In this document: positions 1 through 11,880 of the stretch, in pieces
Layout: each line of letters starts with the position of its first letter
Position numbering within the stretch: position 1 is the first letter of the stretch
From: Hormiphora californensis
Taxonomy: Eukaryota > Animalia > Ctenophora
DNA: 64,000 nt
Reading direction: 5' to 3'
NCBI GenBank assembly: GCA_020137815.1
Contig: CM035355.1
Span: 5,828,001 to 5,892,000 of the forward strand
Translations under genes and position numbers: made by a program
The notes under the pieces: generated by a model
The model's input: the letters and a program-made list of their open reading frames with translations, nothing else
The model's database searches: none
Told to the model about the DNA's origin: nothing

Positions 1-66
1 GGCTCCAAACAGATGTGACAAAAACTGGAACAATTGGGAGAGGTCGATGTAGTTATCGACTCTACT

Positions 67-305
67 ATCAGTTACCAGGGGCAACCATTGTACATCAGTT
101 ACCAGGGGCAACCATTGTACATCAGTTACCAGGGGCAACCATTGTACATCAGTTACCAGGGGCAACCATTTGAAATGGTCCATTTCAAAGCAGTTTCCAG
201 GGGCAACTATTGTCAATTGTATATACCATTTATCAACTTCCAGGGGTAACTATCGCATTGTAGTCGCCAGGGGCAACCAATATAGTCAACTGCCAGGGGC
301 AACCA
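67..305. repeat. 27-bp tandem repeat (about 4 copies) followed by degenerate CAGGGGCAAC units
   Basis: catcagttaccaggggcaaccattgta repeated at about 67-170; decayed units continue to about 305. Confidence 0.9.
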
Positions 306-335
306 TTATAAATCAGCTGACAACCTCTCCTATCA

Positions 336-2029
336 TCACGTAAACATTGGTTCCTCGAATTCCATCATCAACTCATCCTCCTCCTCCTCTCCAATCTGGC
401 TATCCTGAGAGAGACAATACGTCTCATCAGCAGGATCATCATCATCTGGAAGATCCTCCCCAGTCATTAGCATCGCATACTCCTCCTCATCATCACCCGC
501 CTCATTATCTCGGAATGTGAAGAGCGGCACATCAGCCCGGCTAATGACCACCTCATTATCAGATATGGGGTCACCGTCAATGTCATCAGGGTCACCGTCA
601 ATTTCATCTGGTACTTGGGTGATGACGTCATCGACTGTAGCAGGGGTGAAGTTGACAAGGAGACCGTGGGAGTCGAGGATACCACGACGTTTGAGGTCGG
701 TGTTGTTTGAGCTATACTTGGCTCGGGTGGCTAGACCAACCTAATAAAATAGGGCACGTCAGATAAGAGTCAGCCAATTTAAGGACAATAGTAATTATTT
801 AATTGCAAATTTGCAAAATGTATTCTATGTGAATTGTGGCACCTGCTAGGCAGGAACCGACCGAGACAAGTAAACAACCAATCATAACTCGTTATTTAGG
901 TCACGTGACTGGTTATCAGCCAATCAGGGACCAGTATCTCCTGATTCGGTCGGTTCTTGCTGCTAAGTTACCTGAGGGGTGTCCCACTGATGTAAAGACT
1001 GTTTCCAGGCCTTGATCTGACTAAACCACGATCTTTTAGAGTAGGGCTTATTTTTCTTTGGGGTCTCGGGATCCTGCTTTCTTCGTGCCGACTTTGGGAC
1101 TATCTGGAAATGGAAAGACGAATTAAAAATAGACTACGGAGCTTTAGACTATGGAGCTATTATATATAGACTATGGAGCTATGACTATGGAGCTATGGAG
1201 TATGGGGGACATTTAGGCGCGGGACGCGAGAGAACAACATGAATTATTACCTTTTTATAGTTCTGGTATCCAACAGTAACCTTTCCATACACAATATCTT
1301 TCTCCCTGCTAACTTTCTGTTTCTCAGTCAGCTCCTTATCCTGAACACTAGTCTCACTTGTCCTCCGCTCCCTTCCAAACAAGGCCTTACCAACTAGATC
1401 AGGGTTAGGCTGCCTGTTCTTCAGCAGCCTTGTATCAGACCGGGGAGTAGTTAGTTTCTTCTTTCTATCTGGGGTGTGGTCTGGTGTCCCCTGTTTGAAT
1501 CTTTTGTTGCTCTTCTTACCGGACATTGGAGAGGCTACCTCGCTGGGGTCTCGTTTGTTGTGTCGTGGGGTCCTTGAGCGGGATGGGAAACGGCCGGGTG
1601 ACTTTGAAGGAGCACCCTTCCGTTCAGGGGATGTGCTGTTGTTTCTGGGACCAACTCGATGTCGAAGGGATGCCCGTGGACCAAGACCACTGGATCGTTC
1701 AGGGGAAGGTAGCAAACGGGTTCTTCTCCTCTATATCATTTCCGTTTTCCAAGTCGGTGCCGGAGAAGTGCTCGGGGGCCTAAACCGCTACTGTGATGAT
1801 CCTTCTCTTCCCTTTTCTCGGCAGACGGAGGAGCCTCCTTGAGGGGCGAGAGGAATGTTTGGAATTTTCCAGTTGATGATAATGCAGTTGACTTTGTGTC
1901 GTTCTCTTTCTCTTCTTCTTTTGCGTGGTAGTCAGGTTGTGATCCTCCCTGTTGTTGTCGTAATAGTTCTTCTTGCTCTGCTTCCTCTTCTAGTGTTATT
2001 TCGAACCAGGATCGATTCAGATCAGTCAT
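336..2029 (-). CDS. SLBP: Histone RNA stem-loop binding protein; 3 exons (about 2029-1251, 1103-972, 741-336); frame break near 1716-1740
   Basis: Spliced RNA-binding domain [19 protein letters not shown]|[41 protein letters not shown] matches the SLBP consensus (YGKNT..Y..Y...VP....TP.K..YS.RSW...IK.WK..LH.WD); GT-AG introns; acidic C-terminus. Confidence 0.9.
851..959 (+). mobile_element. 109-bp MITE family (CAGGAACCGACCGA termini), copy 1
   Basis: Terminal inverted repeats; 7 near-identical copies in the window; imperfect 8-bp TSD ctgctagg/ctgctaag. Confidence 0.9.
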
Positions 2030-2419
2030 AATGCAATAGTCCTGATATATTTATGCTGTCTAGAAACACATTAGCGGGTTAGGATAATAAGTATAAAGGA
2101 TGAGACTTGGGAGAGGGAAGAAATGTGAACAGTTGAGACTATAGCTTGATGCTGAAGATGATAGTATAAGGAAGTGTTGGACGTGAGATCGAGTAAGAAA
2201 GAGCACATGTAGCAGATTAAAACAAATAATATTTAGACAAACGTTGTCTTTCAATCAACAGAAACAGCAAAACAACAAAATAGACAACAATGTCCCCATT
2301 TCCATATATAATTATAAGTCTTTATTTTGTACAACTCTCTGATTCCATTGGTCGGTGATCTAGTGTGTAGTCTCTTGATTCAAGACATGATGATTTTCAG
2401 TTTTCCCCTGATGATATTT

Positions 2420-4330
2420 TCACCTCATGGTACTAGGAGTGGAACAACGTGAACCTGACAGAGATCCAGAATGGGAACTACGGGGTCGAGGCATTCTGAA
2501 CAATATACCTGGGGGAGGGGGTGTGATTTAGCAAATTGTTTGACAAATACAAAATAATAGGTGATGATCACCTATTATTTTGTATTATATTTCACGTGGT
2601 AATCCACATTTACGTATTAGCAATGCTTGTCCTAAACATACTAAGAATATATTAATAACTTACTCGGTGTTTCCTTCTTTTCATCAAATCCCCTCCACAT
2701 TTCATACAGCTGGATGATCTTCTCAGAAACTTCTGTTATCTTATCCATACTGAAAACATGGAAACATTTAATATACTGGGGTCTGGAGTTGGCCACAGTT
2801 AGAAACTTGAAATCCAGTGTGAACTGATCAGTTGAGTAATAGTAATTACTAATTAACAAGTTAGAACTCAGATACCAGCACAATATAAGCGACTCAAAAA
2901 CAGCGGATCAACTTATTGACTGTTACCTAATTACAATATATTTTACCTGATGGTAAGATCACTGAACCACTTCATAGCATACTCATTGTTATGTATCACT
3001 GCTGACATGTGTAGTGCAGATAGAGCTATCATGTGGGGTGGGTGGGTCAGGATAACATCACAACGTAGGGAATCATTAACTATGTGCCACGCGGTATTCA
3101 ACACCTGATCAGGGGGATATTGTGGTGCTCATTATGTTTTTGTGGGGTTGCCATGGTGACATTTGGTGACATGTGGTGATGATGATATTCGAAGGGAGCA
3201 TATAATCGGTTTTATCCCAATATTCGAAGGGAATCATGTCAATGTCCCCCCAACACTAACCTCAGGTCCCCCAAGGTTTTCAGCGTATAACGTTAAAGGC
3301 CTGTAGGGTTGGTGAACAATAAGGCAACAATCCATCATCTCCAGTAGATAGAACTCGCACTCTAGGACATGTTGGGGACGATATATGAAGTCGCTTGTCA
3401 TGGCAAAGCAGAACCGGGATTTGATAAGGGAGGAGCACACTGTGATGAGCCGCTGGATGGGAATCGCTCCACATTCTTCAACCTGGGAATGGGGAGGGGG
3501 TGCAATGTGAGGAGTTTTTATCCTTCCAACTAGAATCTAGCTGATCTAGTTGCTAGAGTTAGACATGACAAGTAGACGAGTTTTTTGAACTTTCAAACAC
3601 CACACTAGTAATAGTTTTCTACCTTTTTACACCATACAACATGATATATATTGTATACTGCCTAGTAAGTCAAGGTGGAGTTTACCCTCCCGAACCCGAA
3701 GCCACCTATAATGCGAACCTGTCCTGTGGGCAGTTCCTGATGGTGGGGGAGGGGAGGGGGGCTATTCTCCTAGTGCCGGCGATATCGCTTTGCGATAGTC
3801 CCCTGTGGGCTTGCCGCAGGCAAGCCCAGGCACTCCGTAGATAGATAGAAGTCAAGGTGGTTAGCAGGGTATTACACTCACTTTTGAGGCTAGGAAGATG
3901 CATGTGGGAGCCATAAGAAAGGGATCGATACTTTTGAAGGAAGTGAGAATATAAAACCGTTTGAAGTATACTGTAGCAGTTGCTATTACTTGCTGTCGTA
4001 GCTTGTTAGTTTCACCAAGAGCCTGGAAATTTAACATGATAATTGATTGATGAGTCAACAATTAGTAATTACATTAAAACATTTGGAGACTGAGAAATTA
4101 CTCCAAAAAAGTTCGTAAACGTTCCTAATAGAAACTTTAGAAGATGAAGGCCAAGAAAGCTTCACTTGAAAGCCATTGTTTACCTGTATAAAGTTCGCGA
4201 AGAAGATATGTAACTTCTTAACATCATCAACAGACAAGCTCTTTGAGTCCCTTTGTTGTGCCTCCAAGACCCTTTCCTCCCCTATTATCCACTGACCGTA
4301 GTGGGAGCTCATCCAAAAATTACCCGCCAT
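2420..4330 (-). CDS. CCNC: Cyclin C (Mediator CDK8 module), 6 exons
   Basis: MAGNFWMSSHY start; ALGETNKLRQQVIATATVYFKRFY; IDPFLMAPTCIFLASKV; VLECEFYLLEMMDCCLIVHQPYRPL, all close to the cyclin C consensus; stop at 2420-2422. Confidence 0.97.
3679..3848 (+). mobile_element. 170-bp retroposed insertion (non-LTR 3' end or SINE) in a CCNC intron
   Basis: 12-bp TSD AAGTCAAGGTGG at 3667-3678 and 3849-3860; (TAGA)n tail; structured GC-rich 3' part. Confidence 0.75.
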
Positions 4331-4616
4331 AGTCACTTCAATGTTATAGAGAGGTGAGATATAACACGCAGCAAATATATAAAAACCAGGAAAGGTTTGG
4401 AGATGGAAAAAGTTGTAATATAAGAGGGACTGACAACAATGATAGGACCTTGAGGCAGTCTTCTGATCGCGTCACTCGGTAGATAGATCAGCTGAGGTCG
4501 GTATATAATTTGGTTCAGCTGACACAAAAAATGAGGGCAAATATCGTGGCAAGGGTTTAAAAAGTTTGTTAAAAATTATAAACTCGGTTTAAAAAGAATA
4601 TATACTCGAGCCGCGC

Positions 4617-7600
4617 TCATTTCGCATAATATCCCTCGCCCCTGAATGGTCTGTGTTCGTAATAATCAGGAAAGTGTCCGTCAGGGAAGTGACCATAGTA
4701 ACCACGGTAAAATTCTTCGTAACGCTCCCTTTCTTCGTCATGGAAACGCTCCCTTTCGTTGTCATGGTAACGCTCCCTTTCGTCACCATGGAAACGCTCT
4801 TCATCGTGTCGCCTACCACGACGCCCTCTTCGTTCATGTCTCTGATCACTCTCATCGCGGTCTTCTTCCTCCCTCTCATTTTCTTCAAGGTGAGGTGGGG
4901 GAGGTACAGTGCCAGCTGAGCTAACAAAATTAGAATACTTCGCACCTTGCACTATGTTGTTTCGATAACTTGAGATGGCTGTCGCGACTTTATCATCAAT
5001 CGACTCTACTGGTACTGGTTTCGTATCCTCCCGGTATACGTCCAAAATGCGTTCCAATAGCCGGAGACTCTTCAACCGGCCGAGGATTCTGGAAAGCGCT
5101 ACTGCACGGGATCCCTCCAGCGTTTCCTTGTGGTATTGTAGGTGGTGGGCTAACTTCTTCACAAGGCCCGATAACACACCGACTGAAGCTTTAGCAGTTT
5201 CTTTGTCCTTCACAATTCCCTTTAGCCTGCAGTCCGTTTCCAGGAGTCCTTTGAGCCCTAGTTCCAGAAGTTCAACTTTCGTAGGAGCCCGGTTAAACTC
5301 CACAACCTCATCAGGCTCTTCTTTCTTGGCAGGGGGATTCCGTTCTCGCATGAAGCTAAAGTCGAAATCCGGGAAATCTTTTTCCGCGAATATCCCCTTC
5401 TTCAAAAGATACTTGATCTGTTCCTCGGGGTATTCCTCTAATAACAAAGCCCTGACACGAAGTTGACACTCGCTAAGCAGGACCACCTCTTTCTTTTCTA
5501 TTTCCTGGGCGGCGTCCATCAAGCGATCTTGGAACATGGGAACAAGAGATGGAAGGTCGTCCAGGTTTTTGATATTCTGAGCACCTTTTGGATCCCAATT
5601 CCATAACACATTCAATCTGTGTCCTTTGCCTGTTGTTTGTTAGGTTATTGGTAAAAAAGTTATTGTAACATTGCAATTATTCATTGGAAATGAGTATTAG
5701 AACATTGATTGACAACTGAAGCTATTGTTAGAATTGAATATATTGATGCACTTACCTTCCAGGTGTTCCAGTTTGTTGCTGTCGTTAAAGTTACACTTGC
5801 ACATGGTACAGTGGAACAACTGGGGTCCCTTCACTTCAATACAGTTGGCACCTGGTAGGAGGGAAGGGGATGTTATGGGTCCCATAGTAAGGATGAGGGA
5901 AGGGGATGTGATAATGGGTTCCATGGCAACCAGGAGAGGGATGTTATAATGGATCCATCCATCATGCTTTGCATCGGACAAACCTCGACCAACAAACAAG
6001 TAAATCAACAATCCCACATTAGTGACACACATGTCATATTCAAAGTTCAAACAGGAGCGATTAAAAACCCAGTACTAACCTATAAATGTAAACAGCTGAT
6101 CCTTCTTCACAACTGGCCGTACAATACTTTTCAGGGACGGATACTTGTCCCAGTCTATAGGCTCCTTAGGGTCGGATATTAGAAGAGAATGTGTCGTGGC
6201 GGTCTGGTGAAGAGAGGGAGGTTGGGAGTTGTGGACTGAAGCCCTCACTTGAAGCTCCAATAACGCCTGATCCGGATCTGCCTTGTTGAGACCTGTGTGT
6301 GGGTGTTCCGGATACATATCGGAGAAGAAGGATGGGATGTAAATATCAACCTCCGGGAGAGGGACATCGACATAGGGAACGTCAATTGGTGTCATATCAA
6401 TGTGAGCACGATCAGGAAGTGGTTCCTTATCCTCTTGGTCTGAACCCTCTTCTTCCTCCTCTTTCTCCTCCTCCTCTTTCTCATCCCCAGAGTGGGGTGG
6501 TTTTCCTTTTCGAATTGGGTTGAGATGTGTGGGTAGTGGTGGGTAAAAGAGGGGATACCCCGGGGGAGGGTAAGGGTATGCTGGAGGTGGGTACGGATAG
6601 GGATGTGGGTGCCCGAAGGGTGGAAGGAACCGAGGATGAGGTCGTGGCGGGTAGGGTGGAAATGGATGGTCATCAGGGCGCATGGGACGGTCTCTCATAT
6701 CGTCAGGACGCCTGTCTCTGTGATCATCGGGGTGCATTGGTGGCCTGTCTCTGAAATCATCTGGGTGCATCGGTGGCCTGTCTCTGGGACCATCTGGAAA
6801 CATTGGTGGTCTATCTCTAGGGTCCCAACCAGGAGGAAGATCACGGAAACCTCCTCCCCGTCTCATCATGGGTGAATGTGATCTCCCTCTATCCTCTCTC
6901 ATTCTGTCTTCTCGTCTTCTATCGTCCCTTCCTCGTTCTTCCCTCCACCTGCCTTCCATTTCCCTGTCTCCACCGTCCGATCTTCTTCTCCTTCGTCTAT
7001 CACGCGGACCGTTCTCTGTCTCTTCGTTTGCACGATCCCATCGCTTCTTCCTTTTCTTTCTTTCCTTCCCTCGCCTATTTTGTGCAGTTTTGAAAGGAGC
7101 ACTTATCTCCCTGTCGACCGTTCTGGGGCTTTTGGGAGGCTCAGCTGACTTTTTATCTTCTTCGTCACCAGGAATATCTGCTTTTGGTACTGGGATCATA
7201 TCCTCTTCAACATGCTCATTCTTCTCCTCTTTTTTCTCCTCTTTAGGACCCCCAAATACCTCAGCGTACGCTGCTATCGGATCCTCTTTCTTCGGGGCTT
7301 CTTCTTCAGTTCCTTCATCCCCGGAATCGTCAGTTTCCATTTTTTCTTCTGGCGGTGATTTATCATCACCTTCCTTCTTCTCTGCGGGTGAGTCTGTCTT
7401 ATCTGGTTTTGGCGATGATTTAGATCCTTCCCCTTCTGCAAAGGTTTTCCAAAATTCTTCCCTTTTCTTCCCAATATCCCGCTTTCCAACAACTTTTTCT
7501 CCTTTCTCACTTTTTCTGCTGTTTCTTGATGAACGAGGTTTTGGAGGCCTTTCCGGTGAGATGTCATCATAAATGGCGAGGGTTGATGATTGTTTTGATG

Positions 7601-8186
7601 AAGGAGCAGGAGTTACAAAAGCGTTGGAGATGTCTTTGATAATTTGGAACTCGTATCCCTCATCAGAGATAGTGATTTTGTGAGCAAACTGCAAGTCTTT
7701 CGCTCCACCCACCTAGAAAAAGAAGTTTGATTAAGATAAGAATTTCACATACTTACGATATCAGATATTATGACAATCTCTTTTCAGCTAAGAACCAACT
7801 TTTTCGACCACTGACCTTCAACATGAACTCAAGTCGTCTTATGTGTAGTTCACTACACAGATGTAACTCCCAGTCTTCCACGCTGTCAACTCTCACAAGA
7901 CATGACCGACATGTTAAACTTCCTGTTGTTAGCCCTGCATACTCGACAGATTCCTGTGCAACGAGAGAGATATTAGGGTTAAACAGATCGAGAAAAGGGG
8001 GATTTAACACCTTCTCTGCACGGGGGGGGGGGGGGGCACCGTGGTCAAGAAAGGGGGAAGTCGCGGGAGTGCTCCCGTACTTACCGTTAGTTTAGATTTG
8101 TGAGCTGGTAGTTTGGCATGGTCAATGTACTTGCTGTGGAGGAAGCGGGCACAGCATATCTCACACTGTAAAACTTCATCCGTCAT
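4617..8186 (-). CDS. Matrin/U1-type zinc-finger protein with R/D- and P-rich low-complexity regions, 4 exons
   Basis: Three fingers: CEICCARFLHSKYIDHAKLPAH, CRSCLVRVDSVEDWELHLCSELH and spliced CTMCKCNFNDSNKLEHLEG|KGHRLN; long exonic ORFs 6075-7712 and 4617-5629; frameshift at the G15 run 8022-8036. Confidence 0.75.
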
Positions 8187-8452
8187 GACATTGGCTAAAT
8201 ATATTGGGAAGCTGAAAGAGAGATATCAAATAGAACTATCAATAAACAGACTGTACATTGGTTGATTGAAAACTAAAACTGTAAATTTCTCTCTAGTAAC
8301 AAAGTTAAACGGAATCAACATTTACAACTACAAACATTACACAATAAGACGTCCTGAATATCAGCTAATAAAGAAACTCAACCCTTGCCTTGCTCGACCC
8401 TATTTCACTACACCCCCCGCGGGGAAATAAAAAATGGTTTGAACAAAACAAC

Positions 8453-9892
8453 TCAACCTTTAAACTCGATAACCCGTTCTGGTTGCACTTTATTGTCATT
8501 CAATATCGATTTCACTGAATCCATGAAACCAGCCGGACCACAAACCAAAAACAGTGCATCTTTCATCTTATCAGCAAAATGATCAGCACATACCCGCCCT
8601 CTCATCCCATCCCACTCTCCATCCTCTTGCGACAGAATATGTTTAACATCAATCTTACATTTCCCACCTTCCTTACCATTCCACGCGATATCACTCTGAG
8701 TTTTGTTATAAAAAAGAACCGTACACGTGTGAGATGAAAAGTGGTTATTACCGCTCAACTCCTCTAAAATCCTGTTAAAAGGTGTGATTCCTGTACCTGC
8801 TGCTAACATGACAATCTCAGTATAGAGATGGAGTTTGTTGAGGTCAACTTGGTTATCAAAACCACTGAACTGTACACTAGTACCGGGAGTGAGGTCCGTG
8901 AGGTAAGAGGAGTAGAGGCTGTCAGGGTACCGTTTAACATAAAGTTGAAATGAGGTGTTGTCCGGTGCGGAGAATACTGTGTAAGGTTTTTTATCCACCA
9001 TCTCGTTCTTCGTGTGGACGAAAACATGTGAACCGAGAGGAGGATCAGCTACAAAAGTGTCATTGTAACGAAACGTGATGAGATAACAATCGTGATTTAG
9101 TTTTTCAATCTCCCCCACAGTAGCAGTAAAAGACACTAGGTTGACAGTTTTTAGTGTTCGTTTGGAGTTGCTTGCATGATGTCCCTCACTCGGCCACAAC
9201 TTGTGTTCCTTTTTAAACAAACACAACTCAAACTTGAGATTTTGATGTCTGATCTGAATTGAGGAACATGGTTCGTGGTATGTAAGATTGAGTAAGTACT
9301 GTTTATCCTGACAACAAATCACCAGGTGAGATTTAGTTGACCCTGCAAAACCGTAATATTTGGACTGCCTGATCTTATTTGAGAAGGGGACACGACCGTA
9401 CACTATCAGAGTGTATCCCCGATCAGTTTGATAGCTGTCCCAGGAAAAGGAAACTTCTGGTATTGGAACTGTCTGAGGAACGGCGAGGGTGGCACTTTTT
9501 GAAGATGGCTTAACAGATATTGTGTCACTAACGAGATACCCAACCAGGCATTCCTTCAGCATATTCTGGAAGTTTACCCATTTGTGAACTTGATTGAACA
9601 GATCTGTTGAGTCAATTCCCGCTCCCTTCATCAGCTCATCCACCCCGCCAGGATGATAGTCAACATAACTTGTTATATCGTATACTGCACCGTGGATAGC
9701 TGTCCACACGTCACCAGGCTTGTTGTGGAGGGCCAGCTCGGAGGGTGTTATACGCCGTGGTCGGTCGGGAATGAGGCGATTTTTAAAGCGGACCCAGTCC
9801 ATTAAGCTGTGTCCGGGTTTTAGGGCGATCTTGTTTCGTGTGCTACCTCCCGAAGAGGCCACTTGAGGTGAGTTAGGGCTCAGAAAGGACAT
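8453..9892 (-). CDS. CYB5R4: Cytochrome b5 reductase 4 (NCB5OR), single coding exon
   Basis: RNKIALKPGHSLMDW N-terminus; b5 motif YHPGG; CS-like linker; FAD motif KPYT; NAD motifs AAGTGITP and CGPAGF. Confidence 0.95.
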   Translation of the reverse strand: MSFLSPNSPQVASSGGSTRNKIALKPGHSLMDWVRFKNRLIPDRPRRITPSELALHNKPGDVWTAIHGAVYDITSYVDYHPGGVDELMKGAGIDSTDLFNQVHKWVNFQNMLKECLVGYLVSDTISVKPSSKSATLAVPQTVPIPEVSFSWDSYQTDRGYTLIVYGRVPFSNKIRQSKYYGFAGSTKSHLVICCQDKQYLLNLTYHEPCSSIQIRHQNLKFELCLFKKEHKLWPSEGHHASNSKRTLKTVNLVSFTATVGEIEKLNHDCYLITFRYNDTFVADPPLGSHVFVHTKNEMVDKKPYTVFSAPDNTSFQLYVKRYPDSLYSSYLTDLTPGTSVQFSGFDNQVDLNKLHLYTEIVMLAAGTGITPFNRILEELSGNNHFSSHTCTVLFYNKTQSDIAWNGKEGGKCKIDVKHILSQEDGEWDGMRGRVCADHFADKMKDALFLVCGPAGFMDSVKSILNDNKVQPERVIEFKG

Positions 9893-10838
9893 TACTAAAA
9901 AGATTGGAATTAGAAATCTAACTATATCGAATGAAAAATTTATGGAAATGTGACACTCTACCACATTTCTTTGGATGGTGGCACTTTTAGCCTTTAGGAA
10001 TGTGGATCAGATCACGTTCAAACTTCAAGGCATCAGATGCCGCACCAAAACTACCCCAAGGTAGGGAAAATGCACCAGGGTCAGTAAAGCATTAAGATGC
10101 CCAGGGTTGCAACTTGGAAGTCGAAACTCGAAAGAAGAACCAAGCGTGCTTGGCAAACGCTGCTGGCCCCGATAAGGCAGCGCTTTTCAGACAAGCGTGC
10201 AAACTTTTTAAAATCAGGGTCGGTCGCGAATTTTGTTTTCCCGGATCGCGTCGCATGGCATCTGCATCGAGAACGCGCATTTTATGCCTCCGGGAGCGCG
10301 GCGTTTAATTTGCGCGTGAAAGTTGAACAAAGATCGCGCGGAGACAATGTCTACAAGAACCTGCTCCGCGCGTTACATTTCCCACGACTGTATGTGACTT
10401 TTCGAATTTCTACATTTGCCTCTAAAAAGATAGCTGGTAGGTACGTGTTATTTCATTTTGCATATTTTTGTCTACCGCGGCGGCCTCTCAAGTATCACTT
10501 CCATGAAACCGGATCATAAACATAACTCAAATTCAAAACAATATTTGTGTTTAATCAGATTTAGACAAAACAGTTTTGGCGAGAGTTGGAAGAAACGCAG
10601 TACGAACAAAGAACCGCGGATGTGGCCTTGCTTTAATCCGTTTCTTCCAACCCCAATTTTATAAGAAAATAGCTACAATACCAGCTCATCTTGCTTTGTT
10701 CAAACTCTTTTTATTTTATTTAAACTAACTTGGCAACATCTATCTACCACATCTCTCATGCTAATAATACGGATACACAATTATACACATCGCATCGCGA
10801 GATTCGAGTGTGTAACCGCATTATATTCATCAAACATC

Positions 10839-11233
10839 TAAAGTCGGATTTTTTGAAATTTTCATCCACTATCATTTTTTGTTCGACTTGATGAAAATGC
10901 AGAATCTCGTTTATTGGGAGAGAGTTCTCAACCTGATGTCTCTTCAACTTAGGAGACAACGTTACATGTTGATACATGTGTGGAAGACGATCCATGGGTT
11001 TGTTCCGAATTCCGCAAACCTTGTGAGTTGTGGAAGCTTAGGTCAATTCGAATCATCCCCGGGCAACTATTTGACAGGCTTCTATGACCATCCCCCTGTG
11101 AGAGGTTATCCATCACTTCCTAATGATGTTCCCCCAATGTGCTGTTTGAGAGTGGATGAAAGTGTTTAATTTATTTAGGTGGACCCACTAAGGCAGACCT
11201 GTGGGGGTGACAACTTCAAAAAATCCGACTTTA
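10839..11233. mobile_element. TIR element with the same termini as MITE 20558-20777, enclosing a decayed LINE ORF2 3' fragment
   Basis: aagtcggattttttgaaa ... ttcaaaaaatccgactt; internal peptide YWERVLNLMSLQLRRQRYMLIHVWKTIHGFVPN resembles CR1/L2-group C-termini. Confidence 0.6.
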
Positions 11234-11354
11234 ATAAATTCAACTCTCTTCTACATAAATCAACTGACAGGTTCCACATCACCACACACAAGTTGCGATG
11301 TAAAACCTGTCACTCGATTTCCCCGGACTGCTCTCCCATTCTAATAATACAGAT

Positions 11355-11463
11355 CAGGAACCGACCGAAACAAGTAAACAACCAATCAGAACTCGTTATT
11401 TAGGTCACGTGACTGGTTATCAGCCAATCAGGGACCAGTATTTCCTGATTCGGTCGGTTCCTA
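11355..11463 (+). mobile_element. 109-bp MITE, copy 2
   Basis: Near-identical to 851-959. Confidence 0.9.
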
Positions 11464-11880
11464 CTTCCTGGTGGGTACTGCCAACTCAGTAAGAGGGAAC
11501 AGTCTGGGGAAATGTTAATGGTATCTGGCGCCACAGATCCCGATATATATTGAGGATATATTACGGGGTCTGACAGCGCTAGACAGCTATAACAGAAATA
11601 AACCAGCTTCAATGCAGCTCAAGATTTAAAAAAAATGTTTTTTTCAAAAAATAATATTTTCTCAAAAAAGACAGAGGTCCATACTACTCTCCTCTGAAGG
11701 GTTTTATAAGTTGGAATATGTGGGAAATGACACCTTTGGAGCAAAACCAATTTAGGGGCAAACGTGTTTTGCTGGTCGTTAGGATCAGTAACCGTCTCTC
11801 ATCATCATATAGTAATGACGTCATATGACGTCACCATGGAGATGACGTCATTATGACGTCATGATGGTGAGATAGGGAAG

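Noticed and set aside
67-170. CRISPR-like array
   Set aside because: Head-to-tail 27-bp repeats without spacers in a eukaryotic context.
1716-1740. Programmed frameshift or stop readthrough in SLBP
   Set aside because: Needs two separate base removals, both in homopolymers, which matches the window-wide insertion-error pattern.
3578-3612. Another SL-like relic (GAGTTTTTTGAACTTTCAAACAC)
   Set aside because: Similarity is short and lacks the AATTTGAG 3' end; consistent with chance.
3773-3834. Hammerhead or HDV ribozyme in the CCNC intron insertion
   Set aside because: The three-way junction lacks CUGANGA/GAAA boxes on either strand, and no nested pseudoknot could be built by eye.
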